Below are positions 60,108-64,000 of a stretch of DNA of 64,000 nt, piece after piece. How positions within the stretch are numbered: the first letter of the stretch is position 1; each line of letters opens with the position of its first letter. A program made the position numbers and the translations under genes. The stretch is from contig CDRNST010000070.1 of NCBI GenBank assembly GCA_977016875.1, forward strand, positions 62,001 through 126,000, in the 5' to 3' direction. Source of the DNA: Pavona decussata (taxonomy: Eukaryota). The notes below the pieces were generated by a model. That model had not been told where the DNA came from and did no database searches. It saw only the letters and a list, made by a program, of their open reading frames with translations.

Positions 60108-63100
60108 ATTATTGTTATTCTAATTTCTCATCCGTCGACAAAGAAACTATTTGGTGTACCTTAATTACAGAATATAATTCTTGACCCTTCGAAATTTACT
60201 ACATTCCGAAACAAATGAAAAAAACTATTAGATAAAACCAAAGTTACTCCTAGAAGAAATAGTTTTGATTGTGTTCCATTTTGGCCCATTTCATTTCTTC
60301 CCCTAACCGTCCCTCCTCGATCTCGCCCTCCTCTCGTTTACTTGCGGTGGTCGTTGGCGCAAGGTACAATTTACTATGTTTGGCTTCAAGCTTATGTAGT
60401 CGGGAGTTCACTGTGAAAGGTGATGCATGTTGGATGGGAATGGCTACTGAAAAGAGTGGTCCGTCAGAAGATTTAACTTTTATTTATTTTTCATATTCGT
60501 TTTAGTGTGCTATGTTCCGGTGGACCTCGGTTTTCTGGTAGACGGCTCCGGAAGTATCGAATACCAAGGAAGAGGAAACTTCGCTCGCATGCTTAACTTC
60601 ATCAAATCTGTTGTCAGCTTTTTCCAGGTATCGCAAGGAAAATCCCAAATCGGTGTCGTGTTATTCTCGTCTCGCGCAATCCCTGTTTTCGGCTTCAAAC
60701 GATATTCGTCGAAGGCTAAACTTCTTCGGGCGATTGGAAGGATCCGCTATCCCCGAGGAGGAACGAGGATTGGTAAAGCTTTGGACTTTACTCGGAGTTA
60801 CCTCTTCAAGGGGCGCTCTTCCCGAGGAAGAAAACGAGTGTTGGTTTTAATGACGGATGGTGTTTCTCAGGATCGAGTTGGTCCAGCTGCAAGCCGAATG
60901 AAAGCTACTGGCGTTGAGGTTTTCACGATCGGACTTGGTCGGAAGTTCAAGAGGAGGCAGTTACAGCAGATGGCGACAGACCAGAACCACGTGTTGACTG
61001 TGTCATTTAGCACACTTATGACGTTGATTTTGAAATTGAAGAACCAAGTTTGTCAGAAAGCTGGTGAGTAGAATTTTTCAACCTCGACGTAAATACACAT
61101 TCGCACATTCGCTTTTGTCTCAACTCTATTGACTTGGCAAAACCCGTGCTTTAACGCGACAAAACTCCTAAGACTTCCAGTTATCGCCTAAATACCTTCT
61201 CTCTCTGGAGTTTGAAGAGAAGGGATATCCGTCAACTTGAATTTGAAAACTTTAAGTTGTCATGTGAAGTACGTTAAGTGGCTTGTGTATGGGACAATCA
61301 GAGAGATAATAGATTGATGGATTGATAATTCTAAACGACTGGTAATTTTTTTACAAGTTTTGAAGTTATGTGCCAGATCGCAGTTTTGGTAATTGTATGG
61401 ACGTTATAAACGGTGTTCTTTCATTTTGCACTGTTTTATGCAGTTCATGGTCAAAATAAGATTTTTGGACACACAATATCCATTGTTACCGTAGTAACGC
61501 TACTAGAGCTCATGGTATTAAGAAAACGCATGTTTTAACTCCACCTCAAAGAGCTACTTACTGTTATCAGTAACTGTTCTTAAGATTCACTATGTTTAAT
61601 GGCCTTAGCTCCCACGAGTCTCCTGTAGCTCAGTGGTAGAGCATCCGAATTGGTAATCGGAAGGTCTTAGGTTCGACTCCTGATAGGAGCACTCCGATTT
61701 CCTTTTTCCGAGTATGCCTGTGTCACTTTGAATAATACATCATTCTCATTCACTATGTTGTTTATCGTTATTACATTCAGTACCTACAGTTCGTCCAGTT
61801 ACTCTACCTACCACGCAAAGAGGTAAGGCTCTCGTGCAATTTTCTGTTTGTTCTATTTAATCTCGTCATTTTTTAATTCAACAAATGCTTATGGCTGTGG
61901 TCACACTCTGCAAGCAAGTCACGGCTTTCCTCTCAAGAGGGAAAATAATTACAGTCAAATCTCTCCGTCGACAATTCCTTGTTAACGGTGTAGTTTCGCT
62001 GGGTCTATTCACAAGCAAGGGCAGTCAGTCTTCGGGATTTTTTTTTTGTTTGTTTGCAGTGTTTGTTTGTTTTGTGTTTTTATTGTATCTGTGTTAACAT
62101 AGTGCGACTAGTCAATGCCAGTTTTAAACGCGTGCTATTTGCATTTTATGTGGTACGAGACAGTTGGCCTTTAGACGCTCATTGCCATAGCAAGGAATTA
62201 AGGGGTCTACTTTTTTATCCCTGATGATTATATATCAGCCCAAATTAAGGAGCTCGTGTCGTACCATAGACAAATAATTTGATTGTCATAATGTCCTGTG
62301 CTTCTATTGATACAGTGAGACTTCCAAGTACTCTCGCCGTGTACCCGTTGGACGGTAAAAGACGCGGGGGCGACATAAGCCGCAGTCGAAACCCGTCAGC
62401 AACACTTATTGGAGTTAGATATCGTCAAGGTCCTGACGGTCGACGCGACGGCTCCACGCAATTTTACGGCCGACGAAATAGCTACGTGGAGATCCCCAAC
62501 ACTGGAAAACTGGATGCTAGATATTCTATCACTATTCTGATTTGGGTGTACAACGAAGGAAGATCCGGCATCATACTGAACTATAACCCCAATCGTAGAG
62601 GATTTCAATTGCGCATGATCAGTCGACGAGTACTTCAAGTAGTCATAGTGGAGCGCACGCGCAGGAGAACAACCACGGTTCGTACGCGTGGACGTTTTAT
62701 TAAATACAAGGCTTGGAACTACGTTGGTGTGACATATAACGAGGGAAGTCAAGTCGTGACCGTTTGGGTGAATTCCAAAGTGGTCGTTACAAAGAGAATA
62801 GGTCGAGTACAGTTGGATACCAGGAAGCCTATAAGACTTGGTGGCCAAAGGGGCAGCAGAGAGTACTTCCGGGGTCGACTGTTTTGTCTGCAGTTGTATA
62901 GTGTGGCGCTGTCTCGAAAGCAGATTGACGAGGCTAAGAAAAAGTGTTTCCTTAAAGGTAAAATTAAATTTTTTGTCCCTCGTGTTGTTGTTGTTTTATT
63001 CTTTGTGCATCTTCTCGTTAGCCTTAGTTTTCGTGAGATCACAATTTTTAGACACTGTTGAAGAAGCGTTGAAGAAGTGGTTAGCGTGTTCTACTTTCGA

Positions 63101-63662
63101 TCCTCTTGTCAGCTGGTCAGGGATACGAGCCCTGTCATTGGCATCGTTTCCAAGATGTCTTCCTTCATCCGGTGTTAGAACCTCCCTTTACAAAACTGTT
63201 AGTGAAACCTGCCTGCTGATGATAACCCTGTGATGGACCAGCATCCCATTCAGGTGGGAGACGTAATGCTGCTAGCTTCATGCCATGGATTACACTTGCT
63301 GCGTACTCTTTCTTAAAATTTGTGGATTGAAATTAAAGAAAAAAACCACTTTACACAACTAGCGATTCCAGTTGTAAACATTTCATGTGGCCTTGAATAA
63401 CATTTTAAATGAAAAAAGACGAAGGCTACCTCACGTTGTTGTGACCATGGATACTGCAAAAAAGTAATCTTTTTGTTCTCTTTATTTCCTAACGATTGAT
63501 TTCCCTGGTTGCCTTAGTTGCTTTGCTAGCAGATTTAATCCTAATATAACGTTATTAACTAGAAAGTAGAATTTAGTTCTTATTGACTATTGTGTGATCG
63601 ATTTTTCTTAGGACCCATTACTCTTCCGCCAGTTACGCCAACACCTACTCCTGCACCAAGAA
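17168..63662 (+). CDS. Giant secreted vWA/LamG-repeat protein (about 4,500 aa in window, 3' incomplete)
   Basis: 46 exons, phase-consistent except across the gap: 17168-17303, 17702-17779, 18678-18947, 20728-20970, 21322-gap, 22721-23205, 24583-24609, 24964-25527, 27214-27282, 27424-27453, 27757-28380, 28682-28723, 29242-29871, 30819-30872, 31308-31880, 38010-38636, 38863-38892, 38976-39614, 40305-40334, 41237-41803, 42123-42152, 42566-43201, 43714-43767, 44324-44866, 45301-45963, 46368-46415, 46988-47291, 48027-48283, 49163-49177, 49293-49928, 50399-50452, 50663-51217, 52022-52690, 53143-53172, 53295-53526, 53965-54302, 54712-54732, 55400-56029, 56643-56672, 57317-57952, 59171-59191, 59589-59621, 60506-61063, 61781-61822, 62316-62957, 63612-63662. 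Linkage across the gap at 21353-21575 is inferred. Confidence 0.85.
17418..17594. mobile_element. Palindromic MITE family A, copy 2
   Basis: AATAGGCCATTTCCGAGTTGC...GCAACTCTGAAGTGGCC foldback. Confidence 0.8.
17702..17779 (+). CDS. Giant gene: Cys/Pro exon
   Basis: ttttgcag|AYNYPNVVNQYGADGQPCCPANTYCP|gtacgt; 78 nt, phase 1-1. Confidence 0.7.
17912..17954 (+). ncRNA. Minimal type I hammerhead ribozyme motif (Penelope-like element type)
   Basis: AAA-CTGACGA-T-GGCA-caggagt-TGCC-GAAA-CATG-TC-TTT: complete catalytic core, 4-bp stem II, palindromic CAUG at stem III, GUC triplet, 3-bp stem I. Confidence 0.7.
18205..18455 (-). mobile_element. RTE-clade LINE 3' remnant
   Basis: Minus-strand frames give WHGHVQRMP then GRPKSR*RRTVESE...W...DRERWQEMVAALC, the typical RTE C-terminus, with a frameshift and a stop. 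Confidence 0.7.
18678..18947 (+). CDS. Giant gene: Pro-rich exon
   Basis: cgaacag|DKPPCPPSLLSSDMP...VYHIRGT|gtaagt; 270 nt, phase 1-1. Confidence 0.75.
19010..20196 (+). mobile_element. 5'-truncated CRE-like non-LTR retrotransposon (zinc finger + restriction-like endonuclease)
   Basis: ORF to 19882 with SSWL..P, C-x-C-x7-H-x3-C, QRHD, RLD...FFDVRV and EKKRKY motifs; AT-rich 3' UTR with AATAAA; (ATT)n at both junctions. Confidence 0.8.
20728..20970 (+). CDS. Giant gene: WSC-like domain exon
   Basis: LGCWKD..RAI...KC..AA....IFSVQNGGQC...TY.KYG.S..C, continued by DGEGGPWGN in the next exon. Confidence 0.8.
21322..21352 (+). CDS. Giant gene: WSC-like C-terminal exon (runs into gap)
   Basis: ttttctcag|ADGEGGPWGN; truncated by N-run. 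Confidence 0.7.
21576..21990. repeat. (AGTGGT)n/(AGT)n compound microsatellite
   Basis: About 415 bp of AGTGGT interrupted periodically by AGT runs; abuts the assembly gap. Confidence 0.95.
22721..23205 (+). CDS. Giant gene: acidic low-complexity exon ending in CPVC
   Basis: tccaatacag acceptor (phase 2); ~35 D/E in 161 aa; EEDFNEEGSG; GRCPVC|gtaagt. Confidence 0.8.
24964..25527 (+). CDS. Giant gene: vWA domain V1
   Basis: CQTAIDLAFLVDGSAS...VVIITDG...NAIC; phase 1-1. Confidence 0.92.
25977..26760. mobile_element. Non-autonomous DNA transposon with ~185-bp TIRs (Kolobok-like)
   Basis: AGTGTATATGACACGAAATC...GATTTCGTGTCATATACACT; long near-perfect inverted repeats; flanks TTAA/TCAA. Confidence 0.85.
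26848..27120. mobile_element. MITE family B copy
   Basis: caattgagtgtcgaaa...cgacagtcaatttgaaaccgctc; inverted related copy at 58780-59064. Confidence 0.7.
27214..27282 (+). CDS. Giant gene: 69-nt CLC exon
   Basis: GTGGNLVPATRRICLCPITGPIT; same length and CLC register as paralog exon 12459-12527. Confidence 0.8.
27757..28380 (+). CDS. Giant gene: LamG/ConA-like domain L1
   Basis: VALYPL, GPD, SYI.FPN.G.LD, SITLLAWV, WNYVGASYD, FRGRISCMQVY motifs. Confidence 0.9.
28389..28442. repeat. (CAT)18 intronic microsatellite
   Basis: Lies just after the L1 donor. Confidence 0.95.
28828..29106 (+). mobile_element. tRNA-derived SINE
   Basis: A box TGGCGCAGAGG, B box GGTTCGTTTCC, non-tRNA body and AT-rich tail. 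Confidence 0.8.
29242..29871 (+). CDS. Giant gene: LamG-like domain L2
   Basis: Same motif set as L1; phase 1-1. Confidence 0.9.
31308..31880 (+). CDS. Giant gene: vWA domain V2 (MIDAS degenerate)
   Basis: CRARIDLGLLVDGTNS...VLVVFTGG. Confidence 0.9.
32147..32278 (-). repeat. 3' LTR
   Basis: Direct repeat of 36389-36520, adjacent to the PPT. Confidence 0.95.
32389..36339 (-). CDS. Gag-Pol polyprotein (Gag, protease, RT, RNase H, integrase)
   Basis: 1316-aa uninterrupted ORF; two Cys/His knuckles, LDTGA, RMPFG/IFDD, VDAS, HISH...CEKC, SNG-type integrase segment; order PR-RT-RH-IN. Confidence 0.96.
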   Translation of the reverse strand: MERIKPPSELDIDSLNLADVWKEWKEAWELYRISSGLHEKDDAIQIATIQSILGIKARRVLKTLPNIPVNITERTVAGILTALETYCVPRKNTTYERYVFRMTIQEDRSFDIFVTDLRRKAEYCDLGAIKDSLIRDQIVVGINDPKLRERLLRETDLTLEKAMKLCRITEQSQEHSKIFISPATQTGNIDAVRKTEPPADTTKSKNEDSRRIMKCKFCAASHDRGNCPAYGATCHNCNGRNHYARCCFKSKNGTEERRVRHVEVEEKGNNELLEGLYIEEIQGSTRRNIQSDLLVNDIPVSFKLDTGAECNVISLGLANELNAQVHPTNMLLKSFGGNQLDTVGKCLLDTKVKEAKVSTPLEFYVLRDNVRPLLGLESCLDLELITLNNKVEQIGLSVDEVQEKFTLLDEFQDVFKGLGCVEGEYNIKLKPNSHATIQPQRNVPLRLIDKLEGTLNDLERKGIIAKVECPVTWVSNLVIVEKANKTLRLCLDPPDLNEAIEKEDFKPPSFETISSTLNGCKVFSVVDMSNCYWHQKLSEESSFLCVFNSPFGRYRFKRMPFGISCASEVAQKMVEKHFGDISGALPIFDDIIIGGRDEQEHDLILRKVLTRARERNIKFNRDKIQFRVNKVKYMGEVVSELGFSPDPDKISAIYNMPTPSCKQDLQRLLGMINYLAKYIPNMSELTAPLRSLLKSDVPWAWFPEHDTALTKLKSVLSSAPVLRFYDTSLPTTLQVDASKNGLGACLLQQNQPVAYASRAMSSSEINYAQIEKELLAIVYGCERFNMYTYGAEIEVLSDHKPLESIFKKPLFKVPPRLQRMRLRLQKYNLKVRYVPGKFLYIADTLSRAFDQSNVPTDDNMHHDMEHFIHSVILDLPISDVKLMELRELNHNDPTMQMLNRYAMEGWPQHKRDVPPSLKPFWNVRNDIHVTDGILLKDNRLIIPFAWRQDILKKLHISHCGIEKTKANARTTVFWPSMNKHIEDMISCCEKCLKYQSKQTKEPMQTREIPVLPWQIVASDVLEHKNQNYLVVIDYYSKYIETIRVNGKTSSDIIRCLNEIFSRHGYPQTLIADNMPYNSREMRKYAMQYGINIITTSPTYSQANGLAEKAVHIVKNLLRKECNLNEGLMEYRNTPISNFPYSPNQMLFSRQIRTRVPVHPSVLVPQVCHDIPELLEKRQAKYKEFYDRQGSKQLPQLKEGDSVRFKKPSDKHLSRAVVTEKLETPRSFIVTDETGREYRRNRRHIHLTQEPLVTIVNDDFIDESQPVTMESSVNSPSVTRESDANLEPYPPDTDASSAPRRSTRVRSVPVWHKDYVM
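36389..36520 (-). repeat. 5' LTR
   Basis: Followed on the minus strand by PBS TGGTACCAGGA. Confidence 0.95.
37662..37849. mobile_element. TAG...CTA MITE with 9-bp TSD, inserted in a decayed SINE
   Basis: Imperfect TIRs TAGAAAGCGAGCAG / CTGCGCGCAGTCTA; flanks GTCACGAGC / ATCACGAGC. Confidence 0.65.
38010..38636 (+). CDS. Giant gene: LamG-like domain L3
   Basis: LamG-repeat motifs; phase 1-1. Confidence 0.9.
38976..39614 (+). CDS. Giant gene: LamG-like domain L4
   Basis: LamG-repeat motifs; phase 1-1. Confidence 0.9.
41237..41803 (+). CDS. Giant gene: vWA domain V3
   Basis: DGSGS...GST...TDG; intact MIDAS. Confidence 0.92.
42566..43201 (+). CDS. Giant gene: LamG-like domain L5
   Basis: LamG-repeat motifs; phase 1-1. 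Confidence 0.9.
44024..44112. mobile_element. 89-bp palindromic TAG...CTA MITE with 9-bp TSD
   Basis: TAGCCTGCGAACGCAGACGTATT...AATACGTCTGCGTTCGCAGGCTA; flanks GCTAAACAA / GCTGAACAA. Confidence 0.85.
44324..44866 (+). CDS. Giant gene: vWA domain V4 (MIDAS incomplete)
   Basis: CRARIDLGFLVDASLS...KPRCG...LTTGE. Confidence 0.9.
45301..45963 (+). CDS. Giant gene: LamG-like domain L6
   Basis: Open frame from the acceptor at 45300; extra Cys in NNGCLD. Confidence 0.9.
46063..46360 (+). mobile_element. tRNA-derived SINE with (TAAT)n tail
   Basis: A box TGGTCGAGTGG, B box GGTTCGAGTCC, internal CCAACTG/CAGTTGG hairpin, TAAT tail. Confidence 0.8.
46988..48283 (+). CDS. Giant gene: vWA domain V5 (exons 46988-47291, 48027-48283)
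   Basis: DGSSS...GGT...TDG; phase-2 intron after YLYR. Confidence 0.9.
49293..49928 (+). CDS. Giant gene: LamG-like domain L7
   Basis: Close paralog of L5, same 636-nt length. Confidence 0.9.
50663..51217 (+). CDS. Giant gene: vWA domain V6 (MIDAS degenerate)
   Basis: CRARIDLGFLIDGSRQ...RRRRRR...KPRCG...ITTGT. Confidence 0.9.
52022..52690 (+). CDS. Giant gene: LamG-like domain L8
   Basis: Close paralog of L6, with NNGCLD. Confidence 0.9.
53295..54302 (+). CDS. Giant gene: vWA domain V7 (exons 53295-53526, 53965-54302)
   Basis: DASGS...ITDG; phase-2 intron after IERIR. Confidence 0.9.
54768..54942. mobile_element. Palindromic MITE family A, copy 3
   Basis: ATAGTCCATTTCCGAGTT...AACTCGGAAATGGCCTAT. 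Confidence 0.8.
55400..56029 (+). CDS. Giant gene: LamG-like domain L9
   Basis: LamG-repeat motifs; resembles L3. Confidence 0.9.
57317..57952 (+). CDS. Giant gene: LamG-like domain L10
   Basis: LamG-repeat motifs; resembles L4. Confidence 0.9.
58780..59064. mobile_element. MITE family B copy
   Basis: TAGAGCGGTTTTCAATTGAGTGTC...GACACTCAGTTTAAAACTGCTCT terminal inverted repeats. Confidence 0.75.
59206..59391. mobile_element. Palindromic MITE
   Basis: ATAGACCTCTTTCATAAATGGAGGGC...GCCCTCCATTATGAAAGAGGTCTAT foldback. Confidence 0.8.
60061..60106. repeat. (GAT)n microsatellite
   Basis: Direct reading. Confidence 0.95.
60506..61063 (+). CDS. Giant gene: vWA domain V8
   Basis: DGSGSIEYQGRGNF...GGT...TDG; close paralog of V3. 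Confidence 0.92.
61597..61747 (+). mobile_element. tRNA-derived SINE with 12-bp TSD
   Basis: TAGCTCAGTGG and GGTTCGACTCC boxes; ATTCACTATGTT duplicated at 61585-61596 and 61748-61759. Confidence 0.8.
62316..62957 (+). CDS. Giant gene: LamG-like domain L11
   Basis: Paralog of L5/L7; phase 1-1. Confidence 0.9.
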
Positions 63663-64000
63663 GTAAGTTGTATTGCAACACACGCTCATGGAATCCTCTC
63701 TGTTTAGTCCTGTGCCTTCTTTTTATTTCGAGGGCTAAACTTGTAATGTCAGTTGTCCTGTACCACACCGTTTCTGTTTGGCTTGGTTTGTTTGGATCAA
63801 TGAACTTGTTAATAGTATTTGTGCTGTGCATCGGGCTGTACAGCCACAGCAGACGATGCTCTAACCCCGGCGCAGATCCATGATGTCCCGAGATCCACGG
63901 ATGCCGATGATATGAATAGAGAGATTAAGCACCACGTTTGCGGCAAACGGCAAACAGTAGAAATGACCACATGACCATGTTTATCCTTCATTTGCCGCTC

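Noticed and set aside
61619-61692. tRNA gene
   Set aside because: Irregular anticodon loop, extra head and tail sequence and a TSD indicate a SINE.
24927-63061. vWA and LamG ORFs as a tandem array of separate genes or a bacterial operon
   Set aside because: No individual signal peptides or consistent starts; each is bounded by AG/GT in matching phase.
1-64000. CRISPR arrays, rRNA or prokaryotic defence systems
   Set aside because: No repeat-spacer array, rRNA motif or operon structure seen; the sequence is an intron-rich animal genome.

Overview
Eukaryotic genomic DNA: AT-rich, spliceosomal introns, two assembly gaps (9664-9872, 21353-21575). The SINE/MITE landscape and gene content suggest an anthozoan, probably a stony coral (inference). 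Contents: (1) a two-exon gene for a 93-aa secreted precursor releasing a 41-aa acidic six-cysteine peptide; (2) a tRNA-Lys(UUU)/tRNA-Asp(GUC) cluster of 7 genes plus 1 pseudogene; (3) a ~322-aa secreted single-vWA gene; (4) a giant secreted gene from 17168 running past the window end, with at least 46 coding exons and about 4,500 aa so far. It has a signal peptide, Cys/Pro segment, WSC-like domain and acidic segment, then 8 vWA and 11 LamG/ConA-like domains that are very Arg-rich and joined by 18 phase-1 Pro/Thr micro-exons. Gene 3 is a short paralog of the head of gene 4. Introns hold an intact young Ty3/Gypsy element, a truncated CRE-type retrotransposon, LINE remnants, a Penelope-type minimal hammerhead motif, SINEs and MITEs. 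All exon models, counts and family names were derived by hand without database searches.
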